Positions 9,659 through 18,600 of a stretch of DNA of 64,000 nucleotides are shown in pieces (position 1 is the first letter of the stretch; each line of letters opens with the position of its first letter). The translations under genes and the position numbers were made by a program. The stretch is from positions 9,209 through 73,208 of the forward strand of contig JBBQXJ010000010.1 in assembly GCA_038209745.1 (NCBI GenBank), read 5' to 3'. This DNA is from Verrucomicrobiota bacterium (GTDB taxonomy: Bacteria > Verrucomicrobiota > Verrucomicrobiia > Limisphaerales > CANJSG01). Under the pieces are notes generated by a model. That model worked only from the letters and a program-made list of their open reading frames with translations. It was not told the DNA's origin and did not search any database.

Positions 9659-9938
9659 AGCCGAAACGATTCAGTGGCGATTAGAGAAAGCGCCCGCCCC
9701 GGGCGCAGTGGACCGTGCCCTCGCGGACCATGGGAGGCGCAGGAAACGATTCACCGCCTGGTGTGTCTGGCTGCGATTCTCATTCATTTCCCCTGCCTCG
9801 TTCCGGTTCAGATCCGTTTTCTCGGGAACGAAAACAGGGTTCGCACCGTTGCTGGACCTCATTAGCCGGGCTTCAGGGCGCGGCGCGCGCCACAGGAATG
9901 CTTGGCGACAGGCGGGAGTTGACCCACTGTCTCATGCA

Positions 9939-11654
9939 ATGCAGTGGTTGCGAGACGCCTTGGGCAGGTTGCCAAAACAGACCCGAACCGTGTTGTTCAC
10001 CTTGGTGGTCGGGTTCGCTGCGGGCGGCCTCACCGTGCTCTTCCAGTTGGCGATCAACGAGGTCTTCCATGCCACGATCGGCCGTTTTGCCAAGATGGAC
10101 ACGGCCTCCTTCCTGATCTGGAGCTTTGTCTTTCTGGTGGGAGGAGCCCTCGCTTCCGGCTGGCTCCTCAGCTCCTTCTGCAAGGAGGCGGCCGGCAGCG
10201 GCATTCCCCAGCTTAAAACCGCGTTCTGGAAGGACTTCGGCTTCGTGAAGCCCCGGGTCATCTGGGTGAAGTTCGTCGCCGGCATCCTCCAGGTGGGCAC
10301 GGGCAGCAGCCTGGGCCGCGAAGGCCCGTCGGTGCAGTTCTCAGGGGCGCTCGGTTCCGCTCTCTCAGGGCTGTCGGGCGAACCCAAGCAGCGCCGCCGC
10401 CTTGGTGCCGCCGCCGGTGCCGCCGCCGGTCTGGCCGCCGCCTTCAACACCCCCCTGGCCGCCGTGACCTTCGTGCTGGAGGAGATCATCGGCGACCTGA
10501 ACAGCCGACTGCTCGGCGGCGTGCTGCTGGCCGCCGTGGTGGGCGCTTTGATGACCCACGGCTTCATCGGCTCCCAACCGGCCTTCGAACTCAGCACCGT
10601 TTCCGAGCCCGGATTGACCGCCTACCTGCTCGTGCCGATCGTGGCCGCCGTGGCCACCCTCGTCGGCGTGCTCTTTCAGAAAAGCGCGCTCCGGCTCCGC
10701 TCCGCGTCACGCGGCTGGAGCAAGATTCCACCCGCCTTTCGGCCGGCCATCGGCGGCATCGTCTGCTGGGGACTGGGAGTTCTCGTCTTTCTACAGTGCG
10801 GCAAACTGGGCGTCTTCGGCCTTGGCTATGGCGACCTGACCGACGCCCTGGCCGGAAAGCTGACCTGGCAGATCGCTCTCGTCCTCGTCCTGGCGAAACT
10901 CGCCGCCACGGTATTCAGCTACGGCACCGGCGGCTGCGGAGGCATTTTCGCCCCGACGCTTTTCTTCGGAGCCATGACCGGCGTGGCCCTCGCCGGGGTT
11001 TTCGGGCTGTTCCTGCCCAACACTTCGATCGATCTGGGCCTGATGGCCATCGTCGGCATGAGCGCCACGCTGGGCGCGGTCGTCGGGGCGCCCGTCACTT
11101 CGATCCTGATCGTGTTCGAGATGACCCACCAGTTCGCCCTCGTCCCTCCCTTGATGATCACGGCGTTGATCAGCCAGGCCATCAGCCGGCGGCTGCGCCG
11201 CGCCAATTTCTACGACGAACTGCTGGAACAGGACGGCCACGACGTGGAGCGGTTCACCCCGCCGCGCGATCTCCGGAGCTGGCACGCCCAACCCGTCTCC
11301 CACCTGTCCACCCGCAACGTCGTCTGTGTGTCCGATCTCGATCCCGCAGTCCTGAAGCAGACGCTGGGCAAGCATCCTTTCGACCGTTTTCCCTATGTGA
11401 AAGACGGCAAGCTCGCCGGTGTCCTCCGCCGCGAAGACATGGAGGAAGCCATCAAGAACGGCGCCGCTCCCGCCATATTCAAGGCGACCAATTGCCGGCC
11501 CAACATCACCCTGCGCGGCGCGGAATCTCTTCTCGTCGAGGACGAGACCGGCGCCCTGATCCTCCAGGAAGTGCCCGACGGCCCGCCCACCGGCATCCTG
11601 ACCCTCCACGACGTGCTGCGCGCCGAACAATCCGCGGCCGACCGTGGCGAATAG
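9939..11654 (+). CDS. ClC-family chloride/proton antiporter with C-terminal CBS-like domain
   Basis: GSGIP, GREGP (gating Glu), AAAFNTP and GGIFAP motifs; ATG 9939 inferred. Confidence 0.93.
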   Translation: MQWLRDALGRLPKQTRTVLFTLVVGFAAGGLTVLFQLAINEVFHATIGRFAKMDTASFLIWSFVFLVGGALASGWLLSSFCKEAAGSGIPQLKTAFWKDFGFVKPRVIWVKFVAGILQVGTGSSLGREGPSVQFSGALGSALSGLSGEPKQRRRLGAAAGAAAGLAAAFNTPLAAVTFVLEEIIGDLNSRLLGGVLLAAVVGALMTHGFIGSQPAFELSTVSEPGLTAYLLVPIVAAVATLVGVLFQKSALRLRSASRGWSKIPPAFRPAIGGIVCWGLGVLVFLQCGKLGVFGLGYGDLTDALAGKLTWQIALVLVLAKLAATVFSYGTGGCGGIFAPTLFFGAMTGVALAGVFGLFLPNTSIDLGLMAIVGMSATLGAVVGAPVTSILIVFEMTHQFALVPPLMITALISQAISRRLRRANFYDELLEQDGHDVERFTPPRDLRSWHAQPVSHLSTRNVVCVSDLDPAVLKQTLGKHPFDRFPYVKDGKLAGVLRREDMEEAIKNGAAPAIFKATNCRPNITLRGAESLLVEDETGALILQEVPDGPPTGILTLHDVLRAEQSAADRGE

Positions 11655-11690
11655 ACCCTTTCCCGGGATTGTTCCCGGACTGAACCCACC

Positions 11691-11756
11691 ATGATCCTCC
11701 TCGTAAAACTCGCGCTCGCGGCCCTCTCGGGCATCGTGATCGTAGCCCTTCTGTGA
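11691..11756 (+). CDS. Putative 21-aa hydrophobic small protein
   Basis: MILLVKLALAALSGIVIVALL; mostly G/C-ending codons; stop overlaps the next GTG start (GTGA). Confidence 0.4.
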   Translation: MILLVKLALAALSGIVIVALL

Positions 11757-12136
11757 AGCGGTTCCGCTATTGCTGGGACCCGCTGTTTCTCTCCGGGGTT
11801 TCGATGTATGCGGCCAACCGCTGGGTGTTCCGGCCGCACACCACCTCCGCGTTCCTGCGCGGCCAGTTCAACGACCTGCTGCTCATCCCCTGCGCCCTGC
11901 CACCGCTCCTCTGGCTGCACCGCCTCCTCCGCTTGCGGTCCCATGATCGCCCTCCGGAATTTTCCGAAGTGCTCCTGCACGTCGTCGTCTGGTCCGTGGT
12001 CTGCGAAGGCATCGGACCGAAGATCTTCCGCGGCAGCACGGCCGATCCGCTCGACGTCCTGGCGTACCTGGTGGGCGGACTGCTCGCGTGGCTCTGGTGG
12101 CGCGGACGCCGGACCACCACCACCGGCCCTTTGTGA
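11753..12136 (+). CDS. Hypothetical small membrane protein
   Basis: About 4 hydrophobic segments; DPLFL, FNDLL and TADPLDVLAY motifs; GTGA overlap with the next gene. Confidence 0.75.
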   Translation: MKRFRYCWDPLFLSGVSMYAANRWVFRPHTTSAFLRGQFNDLLLIPCALPPLLWLHRLLRLRSHDRPPEFSEVLLHVVVWSVVCEGIGPKIFRGSTADPLDVLAYLVGGLLAWLWWRGRRTTTTGPL

Positions 12137-12777
12137 GCTTCGATCGTCTGGCCCCGCACTACCGCTGGATGGAATCCGTCCTCGCCGGCGGACTGCTCCA
12201 ACGCTGCCGTCTCGCTTGGCTCGATGAAGTCTCCGATGCCCGACGTGTCTTGATCGTCGGCGAAGGCAATGGCCGCTTCCTCTCCGCCTGCGCCCAGCGA
12301 ATGCCCGGGGCGAATTTCACCGTCGTGGACTCCAGTCGCGAAATGCTCGCCCAAGCCGAAGCACGCTGGCAACGCGCCGGCGGACGCAGGGAAAACCTGT
12401 CGATCATCCATGCCGCCCTCCCCCAATGGACGCCCCCGGCCGGCGCCTTCGATCTGGTGGCGACGCACTTCTTCCTCGACTGCTTTCCAGAGTCCACGCT
12501 CCCCGCGGTCGTAGCCAAACTCGCCGATGCAGCCCAAGCAGGCGCCCGATGGCTCCTGTCGGATTTCGAAGTTCCAGAGACGGGTCCCGCCAGGGTCCGC
12601 GCCCAACTGGTGCTCGCGGTCGCCTATGCGTTCTTCCGCGTGGCCACCCGCCTTCCGGCCACGCGATTGGTCCCGCCCGACAATGCCCTGCGCAACGCCG
12701 GATTCATCCGTGAACGCCGCCGCACCTTCAACGCCGGGCTGCTCAAGTCCGAGCTTTGGCGACAAGCTCCCACGTGA
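12133..12777 (+). CDS. Class I SAM-dependent methyltransferase
   Basis: VLIVGEGNGRF motif I; FDLVATHFFLDCF; GTG start coupled to the upstream stop. Confidence 0.88.
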   Translation: MSFDRLAPHYRWMESVLAGGLLQRCRLAWLDEVSDARRVLIVGEGNGRFLSACAQRMPGANFTVVDSSREMLAQAEARWQRAGGRRENLSIIHAALPQWTPPAGAFDLVATHFFLDCFPESTLPAVVAKLADAAQAGARWLLSDFEVPETGPARVRAQLVLAVAYAFFRVATRLPATRLVPPDNALRNAGFIRERRRTFNAGLLKSELWRQAPT

Positions 12778-12843
12778 TCGAAGGCGTTGCTCGCGACCTT
12801 TCGCTTGCGCACCGAACACGGATGGCCGACCTATGCCCGGTCT

Positions 12844-13638
12844 ATGGGCGATTTGAACAAGTTTGACCCGGTGCAGCAGGCCGCCGCCGACCAGTTCTCG
12901 AAGCAAAGCCACCGTTACGGCAGGGGCCACATCCTCGAAGACGTCTCCGATCTCGGCGCCGCGCTGGAACACCTGCAATTGCCCGCCCGGGCCCGGGTGC
13001 TCGATGTCGCGACCGGAGGCGGCCACACTGGACTTTTCTTCGCCAGCCTCGGACACGTCGTCACCCTGGCCGACATCTCGACGGCGATGTTGCAGCGCGC
13101 CACGGAATTGGCCGCCGCCCGCGGACTGTCCGTGACCACCCAGCAGCATCCGGCGGAGCGGATCCCCAATCCAGACGCCACCTTCGATCTCGTCGCCTGC
13201 CGGGTCGCGCCGCACCACTTCAGCTCCCCCGCGCGATTCGTCCTCGAAGCGGCCCGTGTTTTGAAGCCCGGCGGTTGGCTTCTCGTGATCGACGGCTCCA
13301 TCCCCGACGGCGAGCCAGAGTCCGAAGAATGGCTCCACTCGGTCGAAAAACTGCGGGATCCAAGCCATGCACGGCTCCTCTCTCCGGCCGCTTGGAAGGA
13401 GCTCTGCGAAGCGGCGCAACTGGACGTCCTGCATGCTGGACTCACACCCCGCAAACAGCCGGACCTGGAATGGTATTTCGAGACCGCCGCCACGCCGGCC
13501 GAGAACCGGATCAAGGTCCGCGAGCTCATCGCCGGCGCGTCGCCGCGTGTGCGCGAGGTCTTTCGCCTCGGCGAAGAGGAGGGTCGGATAGTCTGGTGGT
13601 GGCCGATGGCCACGCTGGTAGCACGGAAGCCCGAATGA
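12844..13638 (+). CDS. Class I SAM-dependent methyltransferase (UbiE-like fold)
   Basis: VLDVATGGGHTG, FDLVACRVAPHHF, RVLKPGG and LRDPSH motifs. Confidence 0.92.
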   Translation: MGDLNKFDPVQQAAADQFSKQSHRYGRGHILEDVSDLGAALEHLQLPARARVLDVATGGGHTGLFFASLGHVVTLADISTAMLQRATELAAARGLSVTTQQHPAERIPNPDATFDLVACRVAPHHFSSPARFVLEAARVLKPGGWLLVIDGSIPDGEPESEEWLHSVEKLRDPSHARLLSPAAWKELCEAAQLDVLHAGLTPRKQPDLEWYFETAATPAENRIKVRELIAGASPRVREVFRLGEEEGRIVWWWPMATLVARKPE

Positions 13639-13775
13639 TCGGCTGCCGTTGGGCGAGGCCGAGGCAGCGGAGAGCCCACGGGACTTCCGGAGTCAGCAAC
13701 CGGCCACGTCGCGCCCGAACGTGGCACGCGATAAATCGGGAGAAATGACCCAGCGTTCGTGCCCAGTTCCTCCCG

Positions 13776-14117
13776 ATGAAAACGATCACCACGGCGGTCT
13801 GCGTCCCAGTCCTGCCCATGATCGTTTTGCTGCTCCGGGCCGCAGCGGCCGACGGCATCCAGACTGGGCCGATGGTCCAGATGCATGTTCCCGGCTTCAC
13901 GGTCGGCGAGCTGCCGGTTTCGATGACGGCCCAGCACAAAATAGAGTATGGACCCGACGACAAACTCTACGCCGGCCGAGACACCGGACGCCGCCTCATC
14001 CTCCAAACCCCGCCCCGGACCAAGGCCGTGCCTTGTGCGATCACCCTACCGCCGCCGGACGACAAGCGCAGCGCGGTCGATCTCATGCACGATCTCCACC
14101 CGAAACGATGCAATTGA
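13776..14117 (+). pseudogene. Possible truncated remnant of a secreted PVC-type propeller/dehydrogenase-like protein
   Basis: Signal-like N-terminus, then VQMHVPGFTVGELPV...IEYGPDDKLYA, then loss of protein-like character; family recalled, not searched. Confidence 0.35.
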
Positions 14118-14468
14118 AAACAACACTGGGCGAGGCGAAGATCTCCGTATGAGGGGCATCCTGCCCGTCCCTCGAAGTCTGGAGGGAATCATTCAACCGT
14201 CCGGGCTGTCGCGGTGATCGAATCGGTTCAGAACCTCCACGCCCCATGGGTCAGGCTGGAATCCTGCATCGCTTTCCACTGCATCGTCCCGGCGTCAGGA
14301 GAAGCGGAACCTGATGACGTTTCTCCTCACCTTCCCGAAGACCGGCAAACATTGAGCAAGCCGACGGCCCGACGACTCGCGCCCAGACCGTGTCCCGCTG
14401 CGCTCGTCGGACTTTTTCTCCGGTCGTGGTTGATCTTTACGAGCCCGACCGTTAAGCGGTTGCGTTCC

Positions 14469-14990
14469 ATGGCTGAAGAGCTGCCACATCCAGATCATTT
14501 CCACATCAGCGCCGCGCAAGGCTGGCTAGGGCTGGGCAATCCCGCCGAGGCGCTGGTGGAGCTCGACCACATCCGGGCCGAATCGCAGGAAAACGTCGGT
14601 GTGTTGGAGCTGCGGTTCATGGCCTCGGCGCAAGCCAAACGCTTTGACGAAGCCCTGACCGTTGCGGGACGCCAGATCGCGGCGCATCCCGCCGAAGCGC
14701 AGGGCTGGATCAATCGTGGCAACGTGCTCTTCTGGCTCGCCCGCTACCCCGAGGCCCACCAGTCCGTCGTCTCCGTTCTCGACCAGTTCCCCGACCAATG
14801 GACCCTGCGCTACAACCTCGCCTGCTACTGCATCAAACTGGAGCGACTGGCCGAGGCGAAGGAATGGTATGAAGCCGCCGCCAAGACCGCGGATCTGGCT
14901 GAACTCTCGGTTCTAGCGTTGAACGATCCGGACATGGTCGAGCTGAAGGATTGGGTCCGGAAACGGTCATTGAAGAAGTCCGCGAAATGA
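14469..14990 (+). CDS. Small TPR-repeat protein (Verrucomicrobia-type)
   Basis: AAQGWLGLGN..EA..EL and LRYNLACY TPR-like helices; ATG 14469. Confidence 0.85.
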   Translation: MAEELPHPDHFHISAAQGWLGLGNPAEALVELDHIRAESQENVGVLELRFMASAQAKRFDEALTVAGRQIAAHPAEAQGWINRGNVLFWLARYPEAHQSVVSVLDQFPDQWTLRYNLACYCIKLERLAEAKEWYEAAAKTADLAELSVLALNDPDMVELKDWVRKRSLKKSAK

Positions 14991-15026
14991 CCCTCAAAGC
15001 GGTGCAGAAGCCGTAGGACCCCCGCT

Positions 15027-15437
15027 TCAACCGACCGCGAGATACGGCCGCAGTTTGGCGACGAGATCTTCCGACAACCGCTTGGGTTTCTCGTTCATCC
15101 CGGTGCAGACGTGCGCGGTGGAGCCTTCGACCAGCAGACGGTCGCCGCAGAGAATCCGATAGGCGAAGTTCAGCCGCACCTTGCCCGCTTCCGTCAGCCA
15201 CAGTTCGATCGTCAGCAGATCGTCATAACGGGCCATGCCCTTGTAGCGGAGGTTCACCTCGATCACCGGGAAGATCACGTCGGCTTCCTGGAGCTGGAGC
15301 AGCGGCACGCCGAGCGCGCGGACGAACTCCCCACGCGCCTCTTCGAGGATGTCGAGATAGCGGCCGTAGTAGACGTGGTTGCCCACGGTGCAACTCGCGT
15401 AGATGACACGGTGCGTATGGCGGAAAACTGCGGACAT
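15027..15437 (-). CDS. Acyl-CoA thioesterase (YbgC/FadM hot-dog fold)
   Basis: HVYYGRYLDILEEARGE and ARYDDLL motifs. Confidence 0.88.
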   Translation of the reverse strand: MSAVFRHTHRVIYASCTVGNHVYYGRYLDILEEARGEFVRALGVPLLQLQEADVIFPVIEVNLRYKGMARYDDLLTIELWLTEAGKVRLNFAYRILCGDRLLVEGSTAHVCTGMNEKPKRLSEDLVAKLRPYLAVG

Positions 15438-15639
15438 GATGGCCGAACGATGTCCGCCCGAGACGCGACCGACAACAGCGAAGCAATAGTTCCTATTGAG
15501 ACCCGTGCAACATGGGGGACAGCACACTCAGCGTTGGCACCCAGCCGCAGCCGCCAAAAGAACGGCCAACGGCCAGCGGAGGCTTTTGAAAGTCGCAGAA
15601 CCGCGGATCAGGTCTGTGTTCCTGACAAATGCCCAGCAT

Positions 15640-18600
15640 CTACTTCGCCAGCTTCTTCCACACCCGCAGCGCCTCGGTGACGCTCCAGGCCTGGGCGTCG
15701 CAGCCGCGAAGGGCGTGGGGCGCGTCGCCGTCCATGATCTCCGGCAACTGGCCGAGGCAGCCTTCGTTCAGCAACCGCGCCACCCCGCCGAGATAGGCCC
15801 GCGCGGCCGCGACCGCTTCGGGCGACTCGCCATAGGCCAGGGCCAGCGCCTCGCAGAAAACGGGCAGCGTCCAGCCCCAGGTGGTGCCGTTGTGGTAGGC
15901 GGGCTTGCGCCGCGTGTCTTCGTCGCCTTCGTAGCGGTCCCAATACGGATTGGCCGGATCGTTCAGCAGACGGCCGTCGTTGCCGTAGACCGCATGCGGC
16001 GGCGTCGCGGGCAGCGGCGCCAACGACCGGAGCGATCCAGGCACCACCAGCCATTGCCGCGCCGCTTCGACGCTGGTCCGGGCCTTCGGACCGGTGACCA
16101 GTCCAAGGCCAACGAGGAAGAGCATGTTGCTCCGGAGCACCTGGTCGACGACGCACTCGGCCGCGGGTTTGCCGGGAGGACCGATCAGGCAGTCGCCGAA
16201 CCAGCCCTTGTCCGCCACCCAGAAGAGCTCGTCCACTTTGAGGCGGGCCCGTTCCGCCAAGATCCCCCAAGGCTCGTTCGCCGGTGCGGCGTCGAGGCGA
16301 TCCAGCTGCTTCAGCAGCCGGATCCAGAGCGCCTCGATCTCCACCGGATAGCCCGCGCGCGGCGTGCCGGCGGGGAAGTTCGTATCCATCCAGGTGAAGT
16401 GGCTCGGGCTCCAGACCAGGGCCGACGCCGGATCGACCCGGATGCCATTGGGCGTGCCCCGCAGATAGCCCGAGGCGATCTCGCGCAGCACCTCGGTGAT
16501 GGTGCGGCCCTGCTCGTCCACGTGTTCCGCATAGAACCGCGCGACCTCGGCGTCGCCGGACGTCTTCCGGATGAAGTCCGCCGTCTCTTCCGCCACCACG
16601 CCATACCAGAGCGGCGCGTCGCTGGTGTCGCGGTTCGACGCGTTGTCGCCGTGGATGGTGTTCGGCAGGGTGCCGTTCTCCACGAACCGCCCGAAGGTGA
16701 TCAATATCTCCGTCACGGTCTGCAACCCGCCTCCGGCCAACAACCCACGCGCGGCGATCAAGGTGTCGCGGCCCCAGTCCAGGAACCAAGGGTAGCCGGC
16801 GATGACGGACTTGCCGACGCCGCGCCGCACCACGAAGGCCCGGGACGCGATGGCGAGCTGTCGTCCAAGTCCGTCGTGGGATTCCACGCCGGCGCGCTCC
16901 ACCGCCACGCGGTCTTCGGCTTCGCGCATGGTCGACGCCTGATGGCAGGTCTCGGGCGACGGATCGGCGGCCTCGGCGGTGAGGACCAGCATGGCCGACC
17001 CTTCCGCGGCCAGCGGCAGGTCGAACCAGCCCGGACTGTAGGCGTCGCCGTGGCCGACCTGTCCGCGGGTCTCTTCCACCGGATGTTTGCAGGCCGACCA
17101 TTCCTCGCCCGGAAAGAACGTGCCGCCGTCCGCATAGACCCGGAAGAACCGGTCCGCGGCCGGAGTGAAGGCAAACCCGGGACGATCCTTGAACGGCTGG
17201 ATGTGCGAACGGAAATGATGCTCCGCGCCTTCGTTGTGCTCCGTCTGGGAATGGAAGCTCCGGTCCTCGACGTCGACGCGCAGCGTGAGCCGCACGGAGA
17301 TGGCCCTGCAGCCCGGCCTACGGTTGAACCGCAGCACGACCGTGTTCTGTCCCTCGATCATGTCGGCCGTGAGCTGCACGTCGACCGTGCGCTCGTCGCC
17401 GGCGTGGGCCCGGAAGGTCCACACGGCCGGAGGGCCGGGCTTGAACGAGGCCAGGTTCTGCAGATCCAACGCGGTGATGAAGCCGTCCGTGTTGATCCAC
17501 GCTCGGACGCGCTTCGCGAAGACGTGGCGGTCCACCGGCAGCTCGGCATCGAGATTGGCGCCCAGAAGACAGTCGTATTTGGAGAAGACGCGGCCCAGAT
17601 CGACCGCCATCCGCGCCATGCCGCCTCGGCCATTGGTCAAGAGGACCGTGGCCTGCTCCGAAGCGGGGGAGGTCACGTCGAATTCGCCGGAGAATCCGGG
17701 ACGATCCGCCAAGAGGATCCAATCCGCCTTCAGCCGCGAAACAGGATCGCCGAAGCGCACCAAGGAAACGGAAGCCGGCGCCTCCATCGCGCCGCCGCGA
17801 GTGGCGCCCGCGTGGAACGACGGCGGCACGACGGCGATATGCCCGTCCCGCACGGGCACCGATTCCAGATGCAGCGTCGGGCAAAGGTCCAAGTGGGGCC
17901 GCGGCAGGTGCGACACCGCCGGGATCTGGAGGGTGGCCCGGAACGGACGGGAATCCTTCAGCACGACCCAGTGCCCCGGCGGCACCGGCGTGACCCGGCG
18001 CACATCGGCCGGCGTCCACAGCACGACGGACGGAAAGAGCGACGCCGACCGATCAAGCCAAGAGCGGAGCGAAGAACCGATCGCCCCGGCGGCCGTGTCC
18101 GGACCGCTCCCGGATGAGATCAACTGCGATACCGCCGCGAAAAAGCCGACCGCGTCGTCGTCCACCGCTTCGGCGATCTCGGCCGCATCCCAGCAAGGCA
18201 ACGCCTCCGGCATCAGCACTGCGGCCAATGATTCCGCGGCCAGGGCCGCACGTGCTCGGACTCCGCGATACGCGTCGCCCGAGAGTCCCATGATCGTCGC
18301 AGAACCCGCCAAGCACACCGTGCCAGCAGGCCTGAGATTCAAGAGCACCTTGCCGGAGTTCGTGACGGTTTGATGGAAGACCGATTCCTCTCCCGATGGG
18401 ATTCGCGAGGGATGGGCTCCGGCGTCATCGTCGAGCAGGTTCACCGGAGACTTTCCCAGAAACGCCAGGGTCTCGGCGGTCAATTCCAACCCGTACTCCG
18501 CCGCCGGATCCGTGTTTATGAGCACGAGCACCGAGTCTTGCCCATCCGCGGAATCTCGGCGCAACGCATAGACGGGCGCTCCAGGCGGACTCAGCCGCGT

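Noticed and set aside
9624..9938. Fluoride riboswitch / ClC-F exporter
   Set aside because: No crcB-motif consensus seen; the protein has canonical GSGIP/GREGP rather than the fluoride-type signatures
9708..9938. Long N-terminal extensions in the ORF track (also 798-1007, 14214-14468, 32044-32178, 33742-34704, 41558-41725, 43110-43256)
   Set aside because: Open-frame run-ups lacking family similarity; downstream ATGs fit the domain starts and operon overlaps
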